Positions 18,795 through 28,941 of a stretch of DNA of 35,791 nucleotides are shown here, piece after piece. The stretch lies in contig MRSU01010299.1 in the NCBI GenBank assembly GCA_008369845.1, positions 1 to 35,791 of the forward strand, in the 5' to 3' direction. Under the pieces are notes generated by a model, which worked only from the letters and a program-made list of their open reading frames with translations, ran no database searches and had not been told where the DNA came from. The position numbers and the translations under genes are program-made. This DNA comes from Trichomonas gallinae (lineage: Eukaryota). Position 1 is the first letter of the stretch, and each line of letters starts with the position of its first letter.

Positions 18795-19769
18795 TTATGC
18801 GTCAAGATAGAATTCTGGCTGCTCTTTCTTGCAACGATATAATGGAAGTGCGTTCAAACAGTAAAGAATAAAGGAAATAACAGAAATTATTAACGATAAG
18901 AAGCAAAGGACTATAAAGAAATAACCAAAGAATGCGTTTTTGCCACCAATTCCGTGAGTTTGAGCCAAAACAATGTTCTTCTTCATTTTGCTTTCACCAA
19001 TTGGGTAGTTATTGGTTACAGTAACGTTAAACTTGGTTCCAGCTTCAATATCAACGTTCTTAATATAACCAAATAATTTTCTAACAGTTTTCAGTGGGTT
19101 AATTTGGATCCAGTTAATGAAGTGCTCGTTTGTTTGTCCACCTGGGAACAATTCTGATTCGTTATCTCTCAACCAATAATTGTATGCTTGATCGGTCTGG
19201 TTTTTAGCGTTCTTGAAGACTTTTTTGTATTCCTTTTGTGTAATTCCTGTTTCAACGATCGTGTATTTTTCGTCAGCGATCTTAAAAGTATCATTGAATA
19301 CGGACATCGGAAGAGCACCGCATGGAACATTTTTTGGACCAACATCCGGCTGTTTGCAGGTCTTTATGTTACTAAATGATAATCCTTTTAGCTGCTCCCA
19401 GCTTTTAGACTTTGCGTAAGCAAAATGATTCTGATGGAAGTTATCTAGTTGATAATAAAATAGTAAATCACCGCTTACTTTCATTGGAATCTCGACTTCA
19501 ACATTGCATGTTGACTCATTGCAATCTGAATAATCGTATTTAATGTCTAAAAGAGCTCTGTTAGAAGCCATAATAGAGGCACCAATAACCATTGATATCA
19601 GAGCGAATACACCGTAAATGACGGCTGCCCACAAAGGTGTTAAGAATGGCTTGCAGGCCGGAACTTTCTGCTGCTTAAACTTGCTTTCTGCATATGGGAT
19701 TTTCACTTCTGGCTCGCTATCATTTGGTAATTCGATAGTCTCGTGAAGCTCGGATTGCTTCGAATCCAT
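18795..19769 (-). CDS. CDC50/LEM3 family P4-ATPase flippase beta subunit
   Basis: FKQQKVPACKP, FYYQLDNFHQNHFAYAKSKS..QLKG, PCGALPMSVFNDTF, NEHFINW, IGGKNAFFG and two TM helices. First ATG at 19769 with Inr TCATT at 19785-19781. Confidence 0.93.
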   Translation of the reverse strand: MDSKQSELHETIELPNDSEPEVKIPYAESKFKQQKVPACKPFLTPLWAAVIYGVFALISMVIGASIMASNRALLDIKYDYSDCNESTCNVEVEIPMKVSGDLLFYYQLDNFHQNHFAYAKSKSWEQLKGLSFSNIKTCKQPDVGPKNVPCGALPMSVFNDTFKIADEKYTIVETGITQKEYKKVFKNAKNQTDQAYNYWLRDNESELFPGGQTNEHFINWIQINPLKTVRKLFGYIKNVDIEAGTKFNVTVTNNYPIGESKMKKNIVLAQTHGIGGKNAFFGYFFIVLCFLSLIISVISFILYCLNALPLYRCKKEQPEFYLDA

Positions 19770-20641
19770 AGGATTTAAAAAATGAAATAAATATTTTTTC
19801 AATAAAAATTAGGGTCTATCGACATATCTTAAAAATATTATTTCAAACTTAATTTACTAAAAATAAAACATTTTTAGATAAAATAGGGAGGAGTCACCAA
19901 TTCAAAACTTCGATAGAACCAAAAAAACTAGTTTTATTCCTTGTCCTTTTAATATCTTGTTATACATAGTGTACCCAATCCATAGATTCGCTCCAGACGA
20001 TTTATTTTCATTGAAATATAATTTTGTTGCTCAATCGTATCAAAGAGCACCGCAATGTTTATTATATTACTAAACAGGCCATAAATATCTGTATCGTTAG
20101 TTGTTTTGCGTTCTATTTTAATCCTTTTTATATGATCAAAAATTTCATTCATTAATTATGCTTATTTATGAATGTATTATCCATTTATTTGATCTATTTA
20201 TTCAAAATAAGTTATTTACTTCATCGAACTCACATAATATTTTTGAATCAGGAAATATTTTGTATGAACAAAGTTTAGTTATTGGAAATAATTATATCAG
20301 TGCTATATTAGCATAATTTAGTCCACTCAATTCACATGGACATTGATAATAATTAATTCTCAAATGTATAGATACAAACAACTATTAAATTATATAAAAT
20401 ATAATAGCTGGTGTTAAAAAGACCCGTCATATATAATCCGGTGACATATTTTATTTAATTAATTCTCCTTTGAATAATAAATTTGTGATTTTATATGCAT
20501 TATTATCTCAATATGTTCCTTAGCTAGTTATGGTTACAACTTTATTAATGAAAAGGTTATAAATTTCAAAGTTCGACTGTTTCTATTTAAAAAATTCCAA
20601 CATTTTTCGAGGAAAAATTTTTCCGGTGTTTTTTATTTTTC

Positions 20642-21223
20642 ATGTTTCGCAAAAATGATAAAGGCCACGACAAATTCCAGGCAATAGTCGCCCTGATAAG
20701 GGCGAAAGCCTCTAAAGCCAAGCCGATGTATGATATTGCAGTTAGAGGCTTAACACGCGCAATAGAACAAGGCAGAAAAATTGATATTCGTTCAAAGGTC
20801 ATGACTGAGCATAAAATTAGGCAGCAACTTGATGCTTACAACAAAGCATCTGAAATTGGCCGCGATGTTTTGAAGCGTTACGGCGAATTATGGTGTGATC
20901 ATCCTTCAGAAGAAGTTCAGAACCAATACATCGAATTATTCACATATAAAGAGATTCTTGGTCTTCCTGATGTTAATAATTTTTGGAATGCTCATCCTCT
21001 TGCATTGACTGCAGGACAAGGTGACCAAAAAGAGCTTGAAGAGTTAATGGATGACGATGAAATAGCAGAATATCTCCATACATTCGCAAAAGAGCACCAA
21101 ATAAATCAAAAAGGAATGGAATTTTTGCAAATCTTATATCCATACGGCGATGTCCTCGATATGATTCCAACAGGTGCACCAGTATATCCACCTCCACCAG
21201 TTTATCCCCCACCACCACAATAA
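20642..21223 (+). CDS. Hypothetical protein, possibly a divergent IST1 (ESCRT-III-like) N-terminal domain with a proline-rich tail
   Basis: 193-aa ORF with by-eye similarity to the IST1 helical core (AIEQGR..IRSKV; VLKRYGEL; IAEYLHTFAKEHQI); tail PVYPPPPVYPPPPQ. The CDS is secure, the family call tentative. Confidence 0.7.
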   Translation: MFRKNDKGHDKFQAIVALIRAKASKAKPMYDIAVRGLTRAIEQGRKIDIRSKVMTEHKIRQQLDAYNKASEIGRDVLKRYGELWCDHPSEEVQNQYIELFTYKEILGLPDVNNFWNAHPLALTAGQGDQKELEELMDDDEIAEYLHTFAKEHQINQKGMEFLQILYPYGDVLDMIPTGAPVYPPPPVYPPPPQ

Positions 21224-21558
21224 TTCACTGATCCAGATTTTATCTTAAAATTATTTGTTTATTCAATCATAAATAAGCTAATCTTTCATCCATTTACAAA
21301 TTTCTTTAAATGTTTAATTCTAGAAAACACACTTTTCTCGATTAATTATTATTTTCAAAATATATTTAAGTGAGTTCATTCATAATCATATATACATTTC
21401 TGCTCTTTATGTCATGGATATTATAAATATATATGAAACATGTGAAAAAATCGATTTTGATGTTAAAATATAAAATTTTGGAAAGTAAACAAAAACAACT
21501 AATTAATACATTATCTTTATATTCTATCATTAACATACACAAACAATAACACGCCAAA

Positions 21559-22671
21559 TCACTGGGTCTCCTTAGGCATAATCGGAATTAACTTGCAAGA
21601 CTTCTTAGGTAAGTTCTTCTCGACAATGATGGACTTAGCAAGCTTACAAGATCCGAATCGGCCGTACTTCTTCGGCTGAGGAAGGCAGACTTTTCGCCTG
21701 CATAAAGGAATTGTAGATTCAACTTCGATTGTTTTATACTCTACATCGTTCTTTTTCATCTGCTTGATTGGATCCATGACAGTCTGATATATCTCGTTGT
21801 TAATAACTCTCAAGAAACCGGCTGGATTGTCGAATTGCTCGGTGTAACATGAAGAAGAGAAAACAGTGATGCAGGTATCGCTGAAAAACGTTTTTACACC
21901 AGTCGCAATGCACTGGTGAGCTCTGATTAAACGCTTGAGATTATTGTTCTTTAAGAACTCCAGAGTGGCATTGACACCAAATTGGCAGCCATGGCCGCGT
22001 TGGTTCTTAACAAAGTAAGCACTACCATTTGTTGGATCGCTCCACATCAAATCTGAGACTAATCGATCATCATCATATGATATAATGGGCTTTCTAATAC
22101 ATGCAATCTGCTCTACATTTGAGAGAAGAGGGCTGATACCACCATGAACAAGTAAAGTTGTGTCATTTAATATTCCGGCAAGTGGCATAAACGAGAAAAC
22201 TTCATTAAAAAGATCGTATATCTGTATGTCATACCTCTCTAGAACCTGTTCCTTAAATCCATAATTTGCATTTACGTCTGCAAATTCATGATTGCCTCTT
22301 AATAAGAAGCATTGATCAGGATAAGCGAGTTTGATAGTGAACAAAAGTGTTATAACCTCAATGGAAAGGTCACCTCTATCAACATAATCGCCTAAAAATA
22401 TATAATTGGAATATGTTGGAGATCCAGATATCGTAAAAATTCTTAATAGATCTCTGAGATTTCCATGTATGTCTCCAACAATCGTGTAGCATCCATTTAA
22501 ATGTAATAGAGTGCCTTCTGTCTGAAAGATATAAGCAACGTTTTTGAGCAATGTGATTAAATCTTGTTTCTTGAGTGTTGGAATAGTTATAGGTGTTGCA
22601 CCGCTGATGTCAATATCCCTGTTCGGAAGAAATAGCGGGAGATAAGCGTCAAGGATACTGCGGGATAGCAT
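21559..22671 (-). CDS. Ser/Thr protein phosphatase, PPP (calcineurin-like) family
   Basis: GDIHG, GDYVDRG, LRGNHE, HGGISP, DLMWSDP and IRAHQ motifs all intact. Confidence 0.96.
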   Translation of the reverse strand: MLSRSILDAYLPLFLPNRDIDISGATPITIPTLKKQDLITLLKNVAYIFQTEGTLLHLNGCYTIVGDIHGNLRDLLRIFTISGSPTYSNYIFLGDYVDRGDLSIEVITLLFTIKLAYPDQCFLLRGNHEFADVNANYGFKEQVLERYDIQIYDLFNEVFSFMPLAGILNDTTLLVHGGISPLLSNVEQIACIRKPIISYDDDRLVSDLMWSDPTNGSAYFVKNQRGHGCQFGVNATLEFLKNNNLKRLIRAHQCIATGVKTFFSDTCITVFSSSCYTEQFDNPAGFLRVINNEIYQTVMDPIKQMKKNDVEYKTIEVESTIPLCRRKVCLPQPKKYGRFGSCKLAKSIIVEKNLPKKSCKLIPIMPKETQ

Positions 22672-24065
22672 TATTTATATTAAAAAATAAATTGAATAGA
22701 TTCAAAGAGAGATTTCAATTCCAAAATTTATAAATATTACACCTTTTGGACTATAGAAAAACTTTTTTTTCAATATTTTTTCCCAAGTTTTGGATTTTTA
22801 TTTGGTCATTACTTTATTATCGATTTATGTGCATCCCATTTGTCAATGAAGCAGCTCCCCACCAAAAAAGTTTTATATTGGAATAAAATCGAAAATTAGA
22901 GACTAATGACATATCCGATCAGATTTATACATAAAATTAAAAAGAACAAAAAGTGACTCGTTATCAAATTTTTAAAATTTCACTGATATATTATTTACAT
23001 TAAAATATATTCGACAATTGCGGCTGTGTAATTCGACTTCTCAATTTTTCAATGCGTAACAAATATCATAAACCACAAAATTATTGTTGTTATCATATAA
23101 TAAAGCAAAACATTTTTTGAAATCGTAATTTGAAAGTGCAATTTTTTCAATGAATTTTTTCCTTGGATTAATAATTTAATTTATAAAGTTTTTAAAGTCA
23201 AACAATGTTATTTTTAATTTTGTTTTGATATATTCAAAACTTCAAACGTTTTGTTTCAGAATAATATTTTAATGGTAGGATATATAAACTATAATAAAGC
23301 TAATTTTATGTAAATTGGGCAAAACTGAAGGTTGTGAAAAAAACAATAATTTCAGGTGTGATTCTGTTCAGTTCATTATGTCATTATACTTATTATTGAA
23401 TTATAAACATATTTGCAAACAATGGCCAAATGTTTGCGCCCATTCTATTGGCTTCAATAATCTGCTAAATGGGCCACATATTTTTGAGTTGTAATCAATA
23501 TGTGTTTTCATTTATATCAGCAAAAACTCTAATCTTTTACCAATTAAACATGATTTAAACTATAATTTATTCCATCTCCGGTAATACAGCACAAGAAGAT
23601 AAAATTTGATAAAGTTGGCTATTTAGACCCTTTTGAGAACTGTAAAACCAATAAAATAGCATGTTTTGTTTAAAATTAACTAATTTCTCGACAAATCCTT
23701 TTTGATAATCTATAAGTTTATATGTAATCTATATATGAACTCATAAATCATGCGATTCTCCATTATAATCCTTCAATATTGTTTTTTAATAATTTGAATC
23801 TAATATAACAGGAATTGACACAAGTTCGCACTTTCCACATGGTTATTATCAATATTATATATTCTATTATATGCAATTTCTGTATAATTACGATATTTGA
23901 TGGGAAGTTTGATTTTTTTTTTAAGATCAAAGTTGTGGTACTTATCACATATAAAGTATGATATACAAACAACACTAGAATACAAACCAATCAGAAAAAG
24001 ATCATATTCTTAAATATATTCAAAAAATAAAGCATAATTTAAAATAACATGGTAATAATAACACA

Positions 24066-25760
24066 TTATTTGAGAGACTCAAGTAATTTCTTTGATGCAG
24101 CTGCAATATCAGGAAAATCTTTGCAATCAACAAGTTTTTCCAAAATTGGTTTTGCAATTTCGAGATGACTGATTTTAGCTACATAGTAAAGAGCAGGTGG
24201 ATACCCAAGGTTAACAGATCTATCTAAATATCTCTGTCTTTCCGAGTATTTAGTCACTTTTGCAGCAGCGAATGCAAAAGCTCCGTTATTATCATCCATG
24301 TTTGCGCATTTCAAAAACAATTCTTTAGCGAGATCTGCATTTTTCTCGACGTGTTGACCATTGTTTAACAGAATTGCGTAATGGTACATTGCATGTGGGT
24401 TGTTTTGATCACAGGAAGATTTCAGTAATTCCATTCCTTCTTCGATTTCATTGTTATTTAATAAAGCTGACGCCAAATCATACATAGTTCTAGGATTTTG
24501 GTTTGTTCTGTATTCCTTCCTTGCAACCTTCACTGCTTCTTTCGTATTTCCTCTTTTTGTCAATAAAAGGATTAGATTATATGTTGCAATTTCAGATCCT
24601 TTTTCTGATGCTTGCCTGTATAACTCCAGAGCTTTTTCTTCATCTTTTTCAACGCCTTCTCCTTCTTCATACATTCTCGCAAGATTGTTCATCGCTGCTG
24701 CATCTTCTCCACTACCAGCTATTTTCTTTGTAGTCTCGAAATCTCTCTTTACGACACTGACAAGCAGTTTTGCATCTCTATGACCTAATTCAGCAGCTGA
24801 TTCTAGTTCGTCGAAATTTTCACTGCCTAGGCCTCTTAAATACATGCTTTCAGCATCATCCTTTCCTTCTGCCTCTTTAATCAGTTGCTGGAGGACTATC
24901 TGAGAGTTTGTGAAATTGCCGTCAGGTTGGTTGGCTTTTTGCAGCAAAACTCGAAGTTTTTGTGGACTTTTTTCTTTTAGATAATCTAATGATTCTGGTA
25001 AAGCTTTAACATAGCCCTTTTCAGCTGCCATTTCCATATACTTGGCTTTTTCTTCTTCATTGTCTGTGTATATTGAGTAATAATAACACGCACGAGCTAA
25101 TCCAGAATCAGCTGCTGATTTCATGTATTTTTGTTTGAGAGATCTATCAATATCTCTTCTAATAGCGACATTGAATTGAGCTTGAGGGACTCCAGCTTCA
25201 GCTGCCTTCATCAAATAATCTAAATAATTTTGATCGCCTGTTGTTGATAAAATCATTGCGAGATTAAACATTGCTATTGGATAATTTTGATCAGCAGCTA
25301 GTCTGTAGTAGTGTATTGCTTTTTCTGTGTCTTTTTGCAAACCATGAATTCCTTTTTCGTAAAATGAGCCAAGAATATTGTTCGCCGAGGGTATATTAAG
25401 GTAAGAAGCCTTTTCATAGTATAATAATGCCATTTTTGAGTTAGATGTAATAATATCACCAAATTCATAAAGGTGAGCTATCAATAATATAGCATTTTTA
25501 TGATTTTGATCTGCTGCTGATTGCAAATTTATGAGTCCGGTTGATGTATCTTGCAGATAATATTTTCCATTAATTAAATATTTGCCTAATAAATACTCTG
25601 CGGGGCTGTATTTCAATTTTGCGGATTCAAGAAGAAATTCTTTGCCTTTTTGGATTGATTCTTCTTGGTTTTCCTTAAATAACGATCTTGCTTTTTTATA
25701 TAATTCCTTTGCTTTCGAATTTGAATCTGCTGGATCATCTCTTTGCGATTCACATGCCAT
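24066..25760 (-). CDS. Sel1-like repeat (SLR) protein
   Basis: Repeats such as ANNILGSFYEKGIHGLQKDTEKAIHYYRLAADQN and AMNNLARMYEEGEGVEKDEEKALELYRQASEKG. Start 25760 preferred because the extension to ATG 25877 looks like AT-rich UTR. Confidence 0.9.
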   Translation of the reverse strand: MACESQRDDPADSNSKAKELYKKARSLFKENQEESIQKGKEFLLESAKLKYSPAEYLLGKYLINGKYYLQDTSTGLINLQSAADQNHKNAILLIAHLYEFGDIITSNSKMALLYYEKASYLNIPSANNILGSFYEKGIHGLQKDTEKAIHYYRLAADQNYPIAMFNLAMILSTTGDQNYLDYLMKAAEAGVPQAQFNVAIRRDIDRSLKQKYMKSAADSGLARACYYYSIYTDNEEEKAKYMEMAAEKGYVKALPESLDYLKEKSPQKLRVLLQKANQPDGNFTNSQIVLQQLIKEAEGKDDAESMYLRGLGSENFDELESAAELGHRDAKLLVSVVKRDFETTKKIAGSGEDAAAMNNLARMYEEGEGVEKDEEKALELYRQASEKGSEIATYNLILLLTKRGNTKEAVKVARKEYRTNQNPRTMYDLASALLNNNEIEEGMELLKSSCDQNNPHAMYHYAILLNNGQHVEKNADLAKELFLKCANMDDNNGAFAFAAAKVTKYSERQRYLDRSVNLGYPPALYYVAKISHLEIAKPILEKLVDCKDFPDIAAASKKLLESLK

Positions 25761-25924
25761 TATTTGCGGTTTTTCTTCTTTTTTAGACTTTTTTTTGTAA
25801 GCGCTTTTGAAACTAAAAAATGATATCTTTCGAAAATGAACAGTTTTTCTCTTCAATATGTTGTATGTATGAAGCATAATCTAATATTTTAATATAAGCA
25901 TAACAAACAAAGCAATATATTTAA

Positions 25925-26593
25925 TTAATATTCAAATTCATCGATATTAACAGGTGGGGCAATAACAACTGGCTTAAGCTCGTGTTTTAGCTGTCTTCTC
26001 TTATACGGCAAGTTAATTTCACGTTTTCGTTCAAATGTTTTCATTTTATACTTAATAAGCCAAATGGTACTGGTTGTTACAATAGACACAGCAAATGCCA
26101 GGACTATCAGGCAGTGTGAGAGAAATAATGGATAAATTTTCGAATTTAAATAATTTGAAAACGATTCTGTAATATTTTCTTCGAACTTCGTATTGAGAAT
26201 GCTGTAGACTTTGTTAATTAAAGCAGGATCCGATTCTGGATTTTTTATAAAATCTTCGAATATTTTTGCATATGTAGGATACTCGGATTCATTTAGTAAT
26301 ACGTATGGTATTGCAAAACAGAATACTAAAAGGAAAGGAGCCAAATAATTAACAATTGAAAGAAAAGTTGTTTTCATGAAGTGAATTGCAATAATTGAAA
26401 TGATTATCAATGAATCGAGAAATGTAATGACAGTAATTTTTATTGGTATTTTTTCGAAAAAATTTATAGACCATAATTTGGATTGTAATTCAAGTAAAAT
26501 GCGTGCATGTGTGAAAAGCATTGCGACGAAGATAGTCAGTGTTAACACTGATACAACATTTTGAAGCTTTCCAAATCTTCTATAAATTTGCAT
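25925..26593 (-). CDS. Hypothetical four-TM membrane protein (3 TM, loop, 1 TM)
   Basis: 222-aa ORF with four hydrophobic stretches and a charged C-tail; no CCG tetraspanin motif. Confidence 0.8.
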   Translation of the reverse strand: MQIYRRFGKLQNVVSVLTLTIFVAMLFTHARILLELQSKLWSINFFEKIPIKITVITFLDSLIIISIIAIHFMKTTFLSIVNYLAPFLLVFCFAIPYVLLNESEYPTYAKIFEDFIKNPESDPALINKVYSILNTKFEENITESFSNYLNSKIYPLFLSHCLIVLAFAVSIVTTSTIWLIKYKMKTFERKREINLPYKRRQLKHELKPVVIAPPVNIDEFEY

Positions 26594-26598
26594 GAATT

Positions 26599-26606
26599 GT
26601 CACTTT
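26599..26606 (-). promoter_or_regulatory. AAAGTGAC (M2-type) upstream motif
   Basis: AAAGTGAC ends 5 nt upstream of ATG 26593; matches a motif described as enriched upstream of T. vaginalis start codons. Confidence 0.5.
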
Positions 26607-26859
26607 TCAATTATACATGACATTTTTAAACAATTTACTTGACAAATTAATAGTAGATTTATTTTTTTACACGACAAATATGTTTTTATTCGACAAAATT
26701 TTTCAAAATTTTTGACAATTTTACGCGACATTTTTGAATATTACATGTCATATTATTTATATTAAAATTTTTAACAAATTTTACATGACAAAACTGATCA
26801 AAATTTTATTTGACAAATTTTAACAAAATTTTTGAAATTTGTTGATGGAAATTTTTGCA

Positions 26860-26864
26860 TCACT
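26860..26864 (+). promoter_or_regulatory. Initiator (Inr) TCACT
   Basis: TCACTTTT begins 20 nt upstream of ATG 26880. Confidence 0.6.
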
Positions 26865-26879
26865 TTTCAATAGACAAGG

Positions 26880-27248
26880 ATGAGGCTCTTTACTAGCCAG
26901 AGCGGTATTACCATCAAAGTCGGCGAGAACGCAAATGAAAATGATGTGTTAATAAAAACATCTCATCAAGATTCAATTTGGTGCCATTTAGACAATTATC
27001 CTTCTCCACACGTAGTTATTAATGATTCTAATCCTGATGCAGAGACAATACGTGATGCCTATCAGCTTGTTAAGTATTATTCAAAATACAAAGACCATCC
27101 ACAATTGAAAATCATTTCAACAGCAATAAGAAATGTTAAGAGAATCGATCCACAGAAGCCAGGATTAGTTCACCTAAGAAGATCACCAACGAGAAAAACG
27201 ATTCGTACTGATTTCAGCACCCTCAAGAGACTTGGCATCTCTCAGTAA
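26880..27248 (+). CDS. Stand-alone NFACT-R (DUF814) RNA-binding domain protein
   Basis: IKVGENANENDVL..DSIWCHLDNYPSPHVVI..AYQLVKYYSK..VKR..KPGLV matches the NFACT-R pattern vG+na.eNd.L...DiWfH....psxHVi. Confidence 0.88.
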   Translation: MRLFTSQSGITIKVGENANENDVLIKTSHQDSIWCHLDNYPSPHVVINDSNPDAETIRDAYQLVKYYSKYKDHPQLKIISTAIRNVKRIDPQKPGLVHLRRSPTRKTIRTDFSTLKRLGISQ

Positions 27249-27283
27249 TAAAAATTGTTTGTATAGATTAATACTTTTATAAA

Positions 27284-27616
27284 CTAGATTGATTTTTGTA
27301 TATAAATATGATTTGAGCCGATATCAAAAAGCCAATCATAACCAAATTTCATGTCAACCATTCCTATTATAATATCACCCTTTTTTGGCTTGTAAAAACA
27401 AAGTGTGTGACCAATTGCTATATCACTTTTTAAAAATTTTGCTTTGTCACCAAAAGAGACTGCTTCTGGGATATCTGCATCAAAGTGTGAGCATTTCTGC
27501 TGTTTTTTTTTTAGTTGAAATCGCGATTTGTAATAAAAATGTAAAATTTGACCAAGATCTTGATATAATGTTGCTGTACACCTAAAGATCCATCATTTCC
27601 TTTGAAAAATATTCAT
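27284..27616 (-). pseudogene. Interrupted/truncated S1-domain gene (exosome Rrp4/Rrp40-like)
   Basis: ATG 27616, in-frame TGA at codon 8 (27595-27593), then open for 102 codons ending FYKPKKGDIIIGMVDMKFGYDWLFDIGSNHIYIQKSI*. YxPxxGDxxIG..W..DIG resembles the Rrp4/Rrp40 S1 start. Not in the ORF track. Confidence 0.55.
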
Positions 27617-27822
27617 TTGTGAAAAAAATGTCGATATATCTCGAGTAAATATATTAAATATGAATATAATTGATTCATATTTAATTATAATTATTGCAAT
27701 ATTAATGCATTTTCATTTTAATTTTAAATAGAAAACAAAAAATAAAAAATAATATTTCGAGATTTATAATAAAAACAATAGATATTTTAATTGTGTATAG
27801 CAGATATTTAGAACATTGTATA

Positions 27823-28941
27823 TTAGAAAAGGTCGAATCCAAATGGGTTTCCAATCTGTAATTGGATTGCAATATAAGTTTGCGATGATTGGATGCAAAT
27901 ACCGTTGAGAAGGATAGCAATGAAGAAAGTTGCATCTTTGTGACTAATGTAGCAGTTGATTATATACATAAGAAGAAGAGTTTGCGCGATTGGTAGAACA
28001 CTCATGCCAAAAGTCAAAGGACCGAGCGATCGAATGAGCTTTTTAAGCTTTGGTGTTTCTTTGTTCTTGGAAACTCTGAAGAATGGAAGTAAAATCGTTA
28101 TTAACTGGAATTGCAGCATTTTCTTTGTGACAATGAAATTGAGTAAGCAAAATACTCCAGTTGATACTAATATAAATAGGACAGCTGAATTAAAATCTTT
28201 CAGCCATGCAATGACAAAGAATGAAATTAAAGTTATAAGATTCATGTACTGCCAAACGTAAATCACTGTCATGGTGAATCTTGAGTATAAAGACAAGAGT
28301 ATGGAGCGGAAACCAGAGTAATTGACGAGATCTAATGATGGATGAATATAATTATAGTAATTTCTTCCAGAAATGATACCAGCAGGTGAGAACAGGAAGG
28401 TTTCGAAGAAGGATAGTACACCAAATTCTATATAATCTTGTTTCGACATCTTTCCAAAATCGTAAAAGTTTGTTAAATATAAAAATCCTGGGAAAGAAAG
28501 TGACATGAGAATATAGAGAATCGGATAGAATGAGAAATATTTCCTTTCAATGTTAAGTAATTTGATGCATGGAATTGCAAGAAGAACCATCGTAAGATAA
28601 AACAGAGATGTATCAGGTTCGATGAAATCATAACCATATATGTGATAAATCAGGTATAAAAAGAAATATAAACCGGGGAGACCTAATAAGAAAAAGAAAT
28701 CTTGTACAAGCGGAATTTTCACAAGTTGGAATGCATTCAGTGTGAATAATTTCTGTGAAGAGTCATCGGATGTCTTTGACGTATCGTGTAAATCCTCTGC
28801 ATTAAAAATTGGAGTTTTGAGAACGCTGAAAGACTTCAATTTGTGGAAGAAAAGGACACCAGGGCCAAGTGTCATTTTCCATGAGATCAAAAGAAGCATC
28901 GCATGAGGTATAAAATGAACAATTAATGAAAGATCTATCAT
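27823..28941 (-). CDS. Hypothetical multi-pass membrane protein (372 aa)
   Basis: About 8-9 hydrophobic segments; first ATG at 28941 (the track start at 28989 is GTG). Confidence 0.85.
   Translation of the reverse strand: MIDLSLIVHFIPHAMLLLISWKMTLGPGVLFFHKLKSFSVLKTPIFNAEDLHDTSKTSDDSSQKLFTLNAFQLVKIPLVQDFFFLLGLPGLYFFLYLIYHIYGYDFIEPDTSLFYLTMVLLAIPCIKLLNIERKYFSFYPILYILMSLSFPGFLYLTNFYDFGKMSKQDYIEFGVLSFFETFLFSPAGIISGRNYYNYIHPSLDLVNYSGFRSILLSLYSRFTMTVIYVWQYMNLITLISFFVIAWLKDFNSAVLFILVSTGVFCLLNFIVTKKMLQFQLITILLPFFRVSKNKETPKLKKLIRSLGPLTFGMSVLPIAQTLLLMYIINCYISHKDATFFIAILLNGICIQSSQTYIAIQLQIGNPFGFDLF

Noticed and set aside
19949..20152. 67-aa minus-strand ORF, possibly a relic
   Set aside because: No recognisable motif and AT-rich; insufficient support.
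22700..24050. Long spacer examined for transposon ends, ncRNA or relics (also ORFs 23763-23990, 23800-23985 and 3342-3539)
   Set aside because: No terminal inverted repeats, target duplications or protein motifs recognised; the ORFs look like AT-rich noise.
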